Shown: positions 47,059 through 57,033 of the stretch, piece after piece
Layout of the letters: each line of letters begins with the position of its first letter
How positions within the stretch are numbered: the first letter of the stretch is position 1
Sequence record: NC_019526.1
DNA: 64,000 bases
Reading direction: 5' to 3' (one strand)
Notes under the pieces: model-generated
The model's database searches: none
The model's input: the letters and a program-made list of their open reading frames with translations, nothing else
Told to the model about the DNA's origin: nothing
Made by a program: the position numbers and the translations under genes

Positions 47059-47418
47059 ATGACTATGTTTGATAAAGTTTTATTTTCTGATAACACCTCT
47101 GAAACCGAGATCCCGGAAGCGGTAAAAGCTTTTGCTCAATTAGTTGCCCAGCGTCAAACTGATAATTACGACGGGCCTTATTCTTTTCTTACTGAGATTA
47201 GTAAAGGCAAAAAGTTTATTAAACTTATTCGCCGCGAGAAGTGGAAAGATAACGGACAATTAACAGGCGGATCGGTATTTGCCTTTATTGATCCCGATGG
47301 TAACATTTACAAATCAGCGACAGCTAAAGCACCAGCTAAAGGCATTCGCGGAAATGTTAACATCAACGGCGGCGGTGATGCAATCGGGCGTGATGGTTAT
47401 ATTCGTTACTTTCGTTAA
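47059..47418 (+). CDS. hypothetical phage protein
   Basis: GKKFIKL...SVFAFID...GNIYK.A..KAPAKG motif. Confidence 0.8.
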   Translation: MTMFDKVLFSDNTSETEIPEAVKAFAQLVAQRQTDNYDGPYSFLTEISKGKKFIKLIRREKWKDNGQLTGGSVFAFIDPDGNIYKSATAKAPAKGIRGNVNINGGGDAIGRDGYIRYFR

Positions 47419-47507
47419 TTGACAAATCTTTACAAATCCAGGGGTTGACTTCGGTCGCCCCTTTTGTTATTATATATTCATACCACAGAGCAAGTGGTTT
47501 AGCCCAC

Positions 47508-47625
47508 AGGGTGCCGAGATGTATCTATAGTTTAATGATTTTAAGTACTGAAAAATAATTATAAAAAGTACTTGCTAGACGTGAATTCTTTTAAGAATTC
47601 ACTTGTATTTGTGATTCAGTACTGC
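47508..47625 (+). repeat. 118-bp direct repeat, copy 1
   Basis: Identical to 57395-57513 except a 1-nt indel. Confidence 0.9.
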
Positions 47626-47661
47626 TATTATATATTCATACCAATTAAGGAGATTATCCAA

Positions 47662-47820
47662 ATGAATACACAATATGTGCCGGTGATGAATATCACTATA
47701 GGAAATGGAAAAGGTATGCATCGATTCAGTACTACAAAGAGTTATACTCAGCGTACATTAGAATCATGTGCAATTACTAAATGGCAAATCAAACATTACT
47801 TCACTACGGACAAGAAATAA
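47662..47820 (+). CDS. hypothetical protein (52 aa)
   Basis: AGGAG SD; the track start lies in the promoter. Confidence 0.65.
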   Translation: MNTQYVPVMNITIGNGKGMHRFSTTKSYTQRTLESCAITKWQIKHYFTTDKK

Positions 47821-47932
47821 TGATTGTAAAAGTATTGACAACGATAATTCAGTACTGTATTATAACTGGTGTAGCGTTCGTGTTAGCAGTTGCTATAGTG
47901 TTTAGTACTGTAATTGTATTGGGGAACATATC

Positions 47933-48238
47933 ATGATTAAAAATATTGAAGCATTCGATAAAGCATATCTTTACACCAGTACTTTTCGGAATAGCGATGG
48001 CGATCCGGTTGAATTTAAAAATGTAGTACTGATCCGGCCTGGTTTTGATATTATTCATATCTGGAATTCATGGAATCAAGCGGCGGGCAATCGCTATACT
48101 ATTGATAAAGAAATTTCAATAGAAGAAGCGTTAAAACTTCCATCATTGCCGGATCGTTTATCCCTGGCTAGTCGTGTGGAACTGGTGGGTGATACCGCAC
48201 AATATATCACGCATGAGTATGAATTTAAGTACTTATAA
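47933..48238 (+). CDS. hypothetical protein
   Basis: GGGG SD. Confidence 0.7.
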   Translation: MIKNIEAFDKAYLYTSTFRNSDGDPVEFKNVVLIRPGFDIIHIWNSWNQAAGNRYTIDKEISIEEALKLPSLPDRLSLASRVELVGDTAQYITHEYEFKYL

Positions 48239-48324
48239 GTGTTGACAACATAATTCAGTACTGTATAATGTATTACATCAAAGGGGATACATAGTGTATC
48301 CCTGAATTAACAGGAGTAACCCAT

Positions 48325-48573
48325 ATGTCTAGTATCGTTATCAATGAAACCTTATTATCTGTTACTTATGACAATGACAGTGTTTTTCCGGGTAAAGATT
48401 ATGGGGACGAAATTCCCGTAAAAGTTGAACTCGATCAAAGTGTCGGTAATGCCGACGATATTAAACGCACTATGGTGGTTAAAATTGGCGATATCACTTT
48501 ATTGCCCATTGATATTGATTATATCAAGTTTATGATTGATCGTGCAAATACCATTGCCGAAACCTTCAAATAA
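48325..48573 (+). CDS. hypothetical acidic protein
   Basis: Promoter-hairpin-AGGAG cassette. Confidence 0.75.
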   Translation: MSSIVINETLLSVTYDNDSVFPGKDYGDEIPVKVELDQSVGNADDIKRTMVVKIGDITLLPIDIDYIKFMIDRANTIAETFK

Positions 48574-48656
48574 GTACTTGACAACTGGTTTCAGTACTGT
48601 ATAATGTTTATCAAAGGGGATACATAGTGTATCCCTGATTTAAAGGAGATTCTAAA

Positions 48657-48845
48657 ATGGCAGTAGTATACGGTTATATCAGCAACTATGATTTGACTTT
48701 CCGGGAAGTCGGTACTGAATTAGGTGCAAAGAATGCAGCAACGCGAAACGGCTCGACCCGCGTAGGATATCGCAGTAGTATTAATAATATGTATATTGAA
48801 ACGCATATCCGCAACGATAAAAAGGGTAAATGGGAAAAAGTGTAA
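48657..48845 (+). CDS. hypothetical protein
   Basis: Promoter-hairpin-AGGAG cassette. Confidence 0.75.
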   Translation: MAVVYGYISNYDLTFREVGTELGAKNAATRNGSTRVGYRSSINNMYIETHIRNDKKGKWEKV

Positions 48846-49235
48846 TCTAATTCCATTTACAAATCTTTACAAAACCAGTACTTGATTTAATTATTGAGTA
48901 CTGGTATTATATATTCATTGGCAGATAAGCCGCAGCCCACAGGGTGCCGAGGTGTATCTATAGTTTATTGAATTGAAGTACAGAAAAATATTTCTTGCAT
49001 AATTCATTTCTTATGTTATAATAGTAATCACATAAATTAATTGGAGTGAACAAAAATGTTATTAGATTGGCTCAATACTTTATCCCCTGCTGCTGGCCGA
49101 CGCTGGGCTATCGGTTCGTCGGTTGCCATCGTTGTAGGCGTCATTGTACTTTTAGTGATGATTTTCTAAAAAGTACTTGCTTTAATGATCCAGTACTGTA
49201 TAATGTACTTATACCAAATAACAGGAGTAAAACCG

Positions 49236-49553
49236 ATGAAAGATGTAACTTTACCAGTAGTTCAAACTAACTTTGAAAACCAATTCCTGGCCGAAGTATT
49301 CAAGATTGATAATGGCGTTGTATCAATCAATTACGGTTTCAATAGCGGCGGTTATGAAAAATTCATTTATTTCGTTACTGCCGATGGTGGATGCCTGGCA
49401 ATTGATACGGTACTGAATGAATTCAGTAAAGTAGATTTTAATGATGATAATGATCCTCAGTGGTATATTGTCGGCTATGACGTGAACTATGAAGATGAAG
49501 ATCTTTATGATGATCATACTAATCAAAAAATTGAATCCGCTTATGGGGAATAA
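49236..49553 (+). CDS. acidic hypothetical phage protein
   Basis: AGGAG SD; DPQW...VNYED...IESAYG motif. Confidence 0.75.
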   Translation: MKDVTLPVVQTNFENQFLAEVFKIDNGVVSINYGFNSGGYEKFIYFVTADGGCLAIDTVLNEFSKVDFNDDNDPQWYIVGYDVNYEDEDLYDDHTNQKIESAYGE

Positions 49554-49853
49554 AAATGATCATCGTACTATCAGAGAAAGAAAAGAAATTAATTCTTTCA
49601 GTACTGAAAGAATATCCCAGAAATATGCGGGAGCCGTTTGAAACAAATGGTGAATTCGAAGAGCATTTAAACGATATCGATTTATTGATATCCAAGATTG
49701 AATCACAATAGTGATGTACTGTAAAACGTCCTGTAATCGATTATGGGACGTTTTAAGGAATAGCACTATGATTTATTCAGTACTGTAAAAAAACGCTTGA
49801 AAATTGATTCCAGTACTGTATAGCTGCATTACTGTTTAATGTGGGGTATTAAA

Positions 49854-50069
49854 ATGAAATATGTTATGGTAGATGAAATTACTAGCACGAAACCCAGTGA
49901 TGATTATAACAAATGGCTTGCCCGTAGCAATAAATGTATTATTCCGCACGATGACCGCGTATATCATTGTTATGAATGCGGGGAGATTATACCAAATGTA
50001 CTGGATCATTCAATCTTTACATATGATGATCTTAATTACGCTCATTCAAGATGCCTTGATAAAAAATAG
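49854..50069 (+). CDS. small Cys/His protein
   Basis: CYEC...HSRC. Confidence 0.65.
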   Translation: MKYVMVDEITSTKPSDDYNKWLARSNKCIIPHDDRVYHCYECGEIIPNVLDHSIFTYDDLNYAHSRCLDKK

Positions 50070-50144
50070 TTGACAGTATCATATCAGTACTGTATAATGC
50101 TTTACATAGGAAAATTATTCTCCCCATTATCAGGAGTAAAGAAT

Positions 50145-50372
50145 ATGTTTTACATCGGTACTGTTAAAAAAAATTCAAATGTAATTGAAGCATCATTGAT
50201 TTGTACTAACAATGAAGTGGCTGGCTATGATTATGCTCAAGAACGATTCATGAAACACTATACCGGTGATGATTCAGTGTCATTCGATTTTGAACGTATC
50301 GGTGATGGTGTTACAATTATGAAATTTGAAGATCTCCCTGAAATCGATTTTGATTTTGTCGTTACACTGTAA
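50145..50372 (+). CDS. small acidic protein
   Basis: AGGAG SD. Confidence 0.7.
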   Translation: MFYIGTVKKNSNVIEASLICTNNEVAGYDYAQERFMKHYTGDDSVSFDFERIGDGVTIMKFEDLPEIDFDFVVTL

Positions 50373-50471
50373 AAAAAGTACTTGCATAATTCTTTCAGTA
50401 CTGTATACTGTACTTATACCAAACAAAAGCAAATGGAATCAGTACTGATTCCCTGTAAAGGAGATAGACCA

Positions 50472-50723
50472 ATGTCAGATCGTATCACTCGCAAAATGGT
50501 AGCAGATAAAGTTGCTGGGCTGAATCTTGCTATTGACCGTCGTGGATTGCCTGAAAAATATCAGGTAGTACTGGAAGATGGCAAATTCAATATTGAATTA
50601 CAGCCGTCTCATGTTTATACTAAACCAACGACAGTACAAGGGAATTTAAGTACACGTGAAGCATATCTTTACCTCAAAGGTATGTTTGAGATCCTTCTCA
50701 ATAATGTACCATATAAAGATTAA
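50472..50723 (+). CDS. hypothetical protein
   Basis: Promoter-hairpin-AGGAG cassette. Confidence 0.75.
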   Translation: MSDRITRKMVADKVAGLNLAIDRRGLPEKYQVVLEDGKFNIELQPSHVYTKPTTVQGNLSTREAYLYLKGMFEILLNNVPYKD

Positions 50724-50726
50724 AGA

Positions 50727-50757
50727 AAAAGGGGAGACAATGAGTCTCCCTTTTTTG
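50727..50757. terminator. bidirectional intrinsic terminator
   Basis: GGGAGAC-aatga-GTCTCCC flanked by A and T runs. Confidence 0.75.
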
Positions 50758-50949
50758 TATTCAGTACTAAATTATATAGATACATTTATGCACCCTGTGG
50801 GTTAGTAGCTTGTTCTGCTTTATGTAGTAATTATATGATAAAGCTGGTGGCTTGTCAACACTTATTTTAAAATAAAAAGTACTGAATAGTACTTGCAAAA
50901 AGTATTCAGTACTGTATAATGTTTGTATTGAGATTAAGGAGTTCTTACT

Positions 50950-51507
50950 ATGTTAATCAAAATGTATCACGGTTCTAATAATTTTGATCATCGCTGGGGA
51001 TATCTGGGTGGAAAACCTGGCAATTTTCATATGGGTTTTGGACTATATCTAACTAACTCTTATCGCTGGGCTGATAATTATGGGCGACGTCATTATGAGT
51101 TAGATTTAGATATTTGTAGTACTGGTGCCGCACATAATGTATGGATTCCTACTAAACACTTTATGGAATTCATAAGAGTATATTGTACTAAAAAGTTTTA
51201 TACAATGTGCTGTAAAGAATTTAAAGACCGTGAATCTTTGAATGTAGAACGCGTTGAATTGCTTATTATCAATATGGAAAGGCACGTTACGAAAATCGCT
51301 AAACCATTTGCTGAATTCGTCGCTGCCTGGGGTTGTACGCATAGCATTGAAATATCCGGTAACTATGGTGGTGTTTGCGTGCGGCTTTATGATTTCAGTA
51401 TTATAAAGAATTGTATCATAAGCCAGGAAACGCAGGATTTTTATTATCCAGATGAATTGACAAGATATCCTCAAAAAACTTGTATTAATGATTCAGTACT
51501 GATATAA
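50950..51507 (+). CDS. ADP-ribosyltransferase-fold protein (H-Y type)
   Basis: MYHGS ... MGFGLYLT ... WADNYG. Confidence 0.55.
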   Translation: MLIKMYHGSNNFDHRWGYLGGKPGNFHMGFGLYLTNSYRWADNYGRRHYELDLDICSTGAAHNVWIPTKHFMEFIRVYCTKKFYTMCCKEFKDRESLNVERVELLIINMERHVTKIAKPFAEFVAAWGCTHSIEISGNYGGVCVRLYDFSIIKNCIISQETQDFYYPDELTRYPQKTCINDSVLI

Positions 51508-51752
51508 TGAATTAAATTAATCAGGAGGAATTATCTTAAATGAATAACCGTCAATTGATGATCGATGCATCTCGTTTTCGTTCAAAAGAAGAAAAGAGAA
51601 GTTGCATTAAATGGGTTTTGTCAACTTTCATTATTGGATTACTTATTGTTGCTTTTGTTTATAGTTAGTACTTGACAATATAATCCAGTACTGTATAATG
51701 TTTATCAAAGGGAATGAATTATTCATTCCCGATTAATCAAAGGAGTTTTGCC

Positions 51753-51977
51753 ATGATCTATATTATCAAAGTATCCCCGACCGTAGGTAAATCAGAAGTT
51801 GTAGCTGTTATCACTTCCCTGGAAGCGAAAGATCTTCATACCCCGTTTAATGTATGGGTGGAGGATAATTTCGGACAATTCAGTACTGCTGAATATATCG
51901 AACAATTCGCTGTCCCGGACACTGGTAAAATCAAAGTGGATCGTGTCCTGGATTTTGATAACAGTAATTACTTTTAA
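51753..51977 (+). CDS. hypothetical protein
   Basis: Promoter-hairpin-AGGAG cassette. Confidence 0.7.
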   Translation: MIYIIKVSPTVGKSEVVAVITSLEAKDLHTPFNVWVEDNFGQFSTAEYIEQFAVPDTGKIKVDRVLDFDNSNYF

Positions 51978-52063
51978 AAACGTTTGACAACTGATTTCAG
52001 TACTGTATAATGTTTATCAAAGGGAATGAATTATTCATTCCCGATTAATCAAAGGGGTTTATC

Positions 52064-52210
52064 ATGAAAGAGTATATCTTTGAAGTAACTTTCACATTTG
52101 GCCCGCACCAACTGATCCGGTCTTCTGGCTACAACCGCGAACAAGCATTCAGCAACCTTCGCCGTATGTACCCCAATGTCGTGACCTGGGTCAAGTGTGA
52201 AGAAGCTTAA
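52064..52210 (+). CDS. hypothetical protein (48 aa)
   Basis: Duplicate cassette, AGGGG SD. Confidence 0.65.
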   Translation: MKEYIFEVTFTFGPHQLIRSSGYNREQAFSNLRRMYPNVVTWVKCEEA

Positions 52211-52290
52211 AATAATTAGTCAGTACTATTGACAACGGGTGATAGTACTGCTATAATTATTTTAACTTATACGGAATGGAGTTAAAACAA

Positions 52291-52527
52291 ATGTTCAGTG
52301 TCAGCAAACAAGGCGACAAATTTCTGGTTCAATACCATCATTTTGATCTGGTATACACTCAGCCAGATTGTGTATTCAGTACTCAGGAAGGTGCCGAAAA
52401 GCACAAAAAAGCCTTGATCGAAAATAGCAACAGTGGTACATTAGATTTCATCCAACAGTACTGGAATGAATCTAAGCTGGTGGACGGTTATTCCAACACA
52501 GTTTATTATGTAGGTATCACTGATTAA
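52291..52527 (+). CDS. hypothetical protein
   Basis: GGAG SD. Confidence 0.7.
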   Translation: MFSVSKQGDKFLVQYHHFDLVYTQPDCVFSTQEGAEKHKKALIENSNSGTLDFIQQYWNESKLVDGYSNTVYYVGITD

Positions 52528-52629
52528 TCGGGAGTACTGTTAATGTATATGCCAATTATCATACCGTTAGCAGTACTGTTAATCGCCGCCGTTATCTGCG
52601 AACAATATCATTTGTTAGGAATGTAAACT

Positions 52630-52800
52630 ATGATTCAATGTGAATTGTCAGTACTGATCACGCTGTTCTATATGTTGGGGCAAAAGAAACAAGATATTTC
52701 TGGTGATAATGCATTATTGTATCAATCATTAGACCAATGGCAACGATCTGAATTAAGCAATGCATGGGCGAAAGGTTACAACGATAGTACTGCAAAATAA
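52630..52800 (+). CDS. hypothetical protein (56 aa)
   Basis: AGGA SD. Confidence 0.55.
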   Translation: MIQCELSVLITLFYMLGQKKQDISGDNALLYQSLDQWQRSELSNAWAKGYNDSTAK

Positions 52801-52987
52801 TTTAAAAAAGGGGTTGACTTACGCCAGCCCTTTTGTTATCATTAGTACATAGCAAGAACAATGCTCAAGCCCACAGGGTGCGGAGGTGTATCTATAGTTT
52901 ATGTTGGTCTGAATCATTAATTTTCTTGACAATTGGTTTAGTACTGGATATAATAGCCGCCATTGAATACAGGAGGATTTTAAAAAA

Positions 52988-53254
52988 ATGGCCTATCATA
53001 CACCACATAGACATTTCATTGATAAACGCGGTATGGCTTTTAAAGCAATGAGTGACAATCGTAACACACAAATGTACTTTAAAGATATGACGTTAGAAGA
53101 AGCTATTGAAGCTGTAAGGAATGATCGTAAGCTTTCCAAGAAAGTTGCATCAGTACTTAATGCTTTTTGGTTTGAACGTACTACCAACAAAGAATACAAA
53201 GAAAAGATGATTGCACTTGGTAAAGTAGTAAGAGAAGAAAAATTATATCTTTAA
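52988..53254 (+). CDS. hypothetical basic protein
   Basis: AGGAGG SD. Confidence 0.75.
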   Translation: MAYHTPHRHFIDKRGMAFKAMSDNRNTQMYFKDMTLEEAIEAVRNDRKLSKKVASVLNAFWFERTTNKEYKEKMIALGKVVREEKLYL

Positions 53255-53505
53255 GTACTTGACTATGTGATTCAGTACTGCTATTATATATTCATACCAA
53301 TTAAGGAGATAGACCAAATGAAACAAGCTAAATTTAATTCAGAAATTAAAGCAGCAAAAGCACACAAAGTACAGTTAGTAGTACTGGTTATTGTATCAAT
53401 CTTTTTGCTGTGCAACATCGGCTAAAATAATTATTACAGTACTATTGACAACCAACGATAGTACTGGTATAATTACTTTACCAAATAAAAAAGGAGTAAC
53501 CAAAA

Positions 53506-53781
53506 ATGCGGATTAAACTTACCAGTGATGAGATTCATTCAGTACTGACTACCAATATGCAGGACTGGAAAAAGTACGCTGATATCGAAGAAGTCCAGGA
53601 ACTCAATGATGATTTGAGTGTAGATGAAATTATCACTATTTGCTCATCTCAATTCTTTGATGATATCAATGATGAAGAGCAAGATGTATTTGATATCATG
53701 GAAAAACATTTTATTGCGTATGATGTTTTCCCGTATACTCGCCAGGCTTATATTCTTATTCACAACATTTATAACAAATAA
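53506..53781 (+). CDS. highly acidic small protein
   Basis: About 20 D/E vs 7 K/R in 91 aa; AGGAG SD. Confidence 0.75.
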   Translation: MRIKLTSDEIHSVLTTNMQDWKKYADIEEVQELNDDLSVDEIITICSSQFFDDINDEEQDVFDIMEKHFIAYDVFPYTRQAYILIHNIYNK

Positions 53782-53793
53782 GGAATAATAATC

Positions 53794-54159
53794 ATGGAAA
53801 AAGAATTTAAAATCAAATACAATATCAGTACCGATGGCGGTTTTGAAGTACCAGAAGAAGATCAAGAACGTCTTAATGATGTTATTATGATTGACATTTC
53901 AAATAAAATCATTCAAGGCTACCGCGAAGGTGAATTGTGTGAATCGTTGATGGATCAATTCGATGAAGTGGAAACGTTTTATCGTGGCTGGTGGAGTATC
54001 GAAGAAGTTCACAAAGTACACGAATACCGTGTATTCTGGATTAATGGCGTTAATGATATCGAAGATATCATTGTAAAAGAAAGTAGTGAATCCGCCGCCA
54101 TTCAGTACTTTAAAGATCACTACCCCAACAAACGTTATCACCATTTAGAAAAAATTTAA
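53794..54159 (+). CDS. acidic hypothetical protein
   Basis: AAGGA SD. Confidence 0.75.
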   Translation: MEKEFKIKYNISTDGGFEVPEEDQERLNDVIMIDISNKIIQGYREGELCESLMDQFDEVETFYRGWWSIEEVHKVHEYRVFWINGVNDIEDIIVKESSESAAIQYFKDHYPNKRYHHLEKI

Positions 54160-54246
54160 AAAGTAATTGACAACATAATCCAGTACTGATATATTAATAC
54201 GCATAGGGGCAAACAACTTGCCCCACTAAACAAAAGGAACTACCAA

Positions 54247-54603
54247 ATGATTACTAAATTCTACGCTACTCGTGAACAGGCTCGGATCGTCGCTCGTGAA
54301 GAAGGCGAAACCTTCAAAGATATGGGTAAAGATTCCCCTGCTGGTCAACGCTGGGCAGTACTGTTCCGCGAGGTCAAAGACCTGGTAGAAAACGCTAAAG
54401 CCGTTGAAATGAACGTTCCCACCAAAGAAGATAAAGAACTGACTGATGCCCTCGCTGCTGCATTCTCCGCGATGGATAAAGCCGCAGCGGTAGTACTGAA
54501 AGTACCGGAATTTGTTACCAGAAAAGTGCATTCAGTACTACAAAATAAATTCAACGGTAAACAGGTTCAAGTGTTTACTAAACGTAAAATTCCGGTCATG
54601 TAA
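54247..54603 (+). CDS. hypothetical phage protein with host-optimal codons
   Basis: FYATREQAR...KDMG...GQRWAV. Confidence 0.8.
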   Translation: MITKFYATREQARIVAREEGETFKDMGKDSPAGQRWAVLFREVKDLVENAKAVEMNVPTKEDKELTDALAAAFSAMDKAAAVVLKVPEFVTRKVHSVLQNKFNGKQVQVFTKRKIPVM

Positions 54604-54707
54604 AATCTGACTATTACAGTACTAACAAAGGGGCTTCAATGCCCCTTTAAACGTCCTGTAAGCCATTCTAAGAGGTTTTACATGAAAAGGTACAACTACA
54701 CAAAGGA

Positions 54708-54929
54708 GTGATGAAAGTTCATTATAATGCCCCGCAACGCATTATAGATAGAGCCATTGAACTAGCCAATCAATACCTAGCTGGTGGATTAACTCCCAGG
54801 AAGTTAAGCAACGGGAAGTTATATGTAATCAACGTTGATACTAATAATCGTATAGTAATCAAAGGTGAAAGCATATCACTGTATGAACATCAGCAGTATA
54901 ACAAGAAAGTAAAAAATATTAGTAGATAA
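54708..54929 (+). CDS. hypothetical protein (possible ParE/RelE-like small fold, unverified)
   Basis: AGGAG SD. Confidence 0.6.
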   Translation: MMKVHYNAPQRIIDRAIELANQYLAGGLTPRKLSNGKLYVINVDTNNRIVIKGESISLYEHQQYNKKVKNISR

Positions 54930-55008
54930 GTGTTGACAACTGATTTCAGTACTGCCATAATGTATACATACAAGGCAATACCGCCTAATAACATAGGAGT
55001 AACTGAAA

Positions 55009-55431
55009 ATGAAAAAATCCACTAAAATTATCTTAGGTGTATTTGTTGTTCCGGCAGTAGCCTTTTTTACTTGTGCTATGATTTTTGGTGATGCTTCTCG
55101 GGTTGCCGCAAAAATCGAAAAAGAAAAACAAGTCCAGGTGGAAGTCAAGAAAGAAGAAAAGAAAAATTATAACACTGTATGGGAAGCAATTTGCCATACC
55201 AGTAATGGTAAAAGGATCTCCATCCTTACAGCGATGAATAATGGAAAATCAATCGTCGGAAACGAATATATGGAAGTTACTTCCAGTACTGGTAAAGAAT
55301 TTGTAATGACGAACTATAATAACAATAACGTTGCAATTGTTACACAAGATTTTAAAGGTAATGCAGTACTTGAATATCATACGGAATATGAAGTAATATT
55401 TGCAAAATGCACATTTGAATGGGGTGCATAA
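55009..55431 (+). CDS. membrane-anchored/secreted protein
   Basis: N-terminal hydrophobic helix; two Cys in the C-terminal domain. Confidence 0.75.
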   Translation: MKKSTKIILGVFVVPAVAFFTCAMIFGDASRVAAKIEKEKQVQVEVKKEEKKNYNTVWEAICHTSNGKRISILTAMNNGKSIVGNEYMEVTSSTGKEFVMTNYNNNNVAIVTQDFKGNAVLEYHTEYEVIFAKCTFEWGA

Positions 55432-55614
55432 AAATAAACATAATAAACAAAAAAGGGGGTTGACACAGGTCAGCCCTTTTGCTATTATTAATATCAAGAA
55501 AACAAGCTAACCCACAGGGTGCATAAATGTATCTATAATTTATTAAAGAATTTTAGTACTTGACAACGTAGTACAGCAGTACTAAAATATCTACATACAA
55601 AGGAGATTACCAAA

Positions 55615-56199
55615 ATGAACAAACATCTTAAAGTACTGAATAAATGTAAATCCAATACCGAAATGTTACTGTACTGTTACAAAAATTTAATTAAACTCGG
55701 GAGAGGTTCATCCAGAACAGTATTTTTGTTAACAAAAAACAAAGTACTGAAAGTTGCTCATAACCATATTGGCAACCAACAGAATACAGCAGAAATCACT
55801 GCATGGTTGTATATTGATTATGACCGCTATTATAATAAACGCTTTTTCGCTAAAGTGTTCCCTGATATGTCGCATTTTAAAGATGTATACATAGTACAGG
55901 AGTACTGCGACAATATCAGTACTAAAGAAGCGAAGCCATACATTGAACATTACTTGACACCTAGCACTATTGAAAATGAGCGTGCTAAACGCTTCCACAC
56001 GGCGTTAAGAGATGTAGACAATACCCTTAACTATAAAACGCTGGTGGACTTAAACGTGGGCAATATAGGCCGTTCTGTAAGGGGTGCAATAAAACTCCGT
56101 GATTATGGATTATCTGAACATATTGCTAAACAGTATAGAGAAGCCCGCGACCAGTACCACCAACTCAAAAGTATTAGTAACATAAGTATTGATTTATAA
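55615..56199 (+). CDS. minimal protein kinase
   Basis: LGRGSSRTVF, VLKVA, QNTAE, IVQEYC, DLNVGNIG, IKLRDYGL. Confidence 0.8.
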   Translation: MNKHLKVLNKCKSNTEMLLYCYKNLIKLGRGSSRTVFLLTKNKVLKVAHNHIGNQQNTAEITAWLYIDYDRYYNKRFFAKVFPDMSHFKDVYIVQEYCDNISTKEAKPYIEHYLTPSTIENERAKRFHTALRDVDNTLNYKTLVDLNVGNIGRSVRGAIKLRDYGLSEHIAKQYREARDQYHQLKSISNISIDL

Positions 56200-56264
56200 T
56201 TTCAGTACTGCTATAGTACTTTCACAGGGGAGATAATCTCCCCAATCACAAAGGAGATTTTACC

Positions 56265-56627
56265 ATGAGTACTAAACCATTTGTAACCACTCGTTCTAAT
56301 CTGACTGAGATCTATGTACATGGTGGATATGAGGAAACGTATGTCACTGGTATTATGGTAGAATTCAATCAGGGTTATCGGTTTATGTTGGTAGATTCAG
56401 AAATCTATCATACACAACAAGATAAACATGGTTATGTCAATAAGTACTCCACCGATGAAGTACTGAAACGCCTGGATAACAAAATTAAACAAATTCAAAA
56501 ACATCTTGACAACGGCGGAAAACTTAATCATTTACTTTGGGATAGCTTAGATCCCTGCTACGGTTCCGATGCATATGGTAAAAGCCGTGACACTGCAATG
56601 AAAGTACTTAAAGATTATTTCTTTTAA
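56265..56627 (+). CDS. hypothetical protein
   Basis: Promoter-hairpin-AGGAG cassette. Confidence 0.75.
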   Translation: MSTKPFVTTRSNLTEIYVHGGYEETYVTGIMVEFNQGYRFMLVDSEIYHTQQDKHGYVNKYSTDEVLKRLDNKIKQIQKHLDNGGKLNHLLWDSLDPCYGSDAYGKSRDTAMKVLKDYFF

Positions 56628-56707
56628 GTATTGACAAGTAATTCCAGTACTGGCATAATGTATTTCAAGGAGGTAATAACACCTCCTACCTTCAAGGAGT
56701 AGTGACT

Positions 56708-56944
56708 ATGAATACTAAAGAAATGCTTTGTGAGTTCGCCAGTAACAATCTTGGCAACGCCGCGTTCATTGATGGTTTTAATTATGTAGCAACTCGTGAT
56801 CAAGAAGGTAAAGTATTCGTTAAAGATCGTATGGGCTTTTCTATCCAGGTTCAATCCGGTACTGCAAGCCATATCGACGGCATGAATGTATGGGCTGCTA
56901 CTATCCCCGGTGATGGAACATATCATTTCCGTATCGTAAAATAA
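56708..56944 (+). CDS. hypothetical protein
   Basis: Promoter-hairpin-AGGAG cassette. Confidence 0.75.
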   Translation: MNTKEMLCEFASNNLGNAAFIDGFNYVATRDQEGKVFVKDRMGFSIQVQSGTASHIDGMNVWAATIPGDGTYHFRIVK

Positions 56945-57033
56945 TTTAAAAAGTACTGGACAATACAATCCAGTACTGTATAATGTTTTGCATAGGGAGA
57001 GATAATCTCTCCCACTAAAGGAGAATACCGAAA

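Noticed and set aside
49046-49270. ORF 49046..49270
   Set aside because: Spans a phased repeat and the next promoter and overlaps the 49236 gene; low confidence
4795-49873. Alternative-frame + ORFs nested in genes (4795, 18243, 21538, 27195, 32960, 36103, 38164, 49873)
   Set aside because: Fully overlap better-supported CDSs, with no independent RBS
52833-53051. ORF 52833..53051
   Set aside because: Starts within a -10 region and crosses an ORF-less cassette and a second promoter
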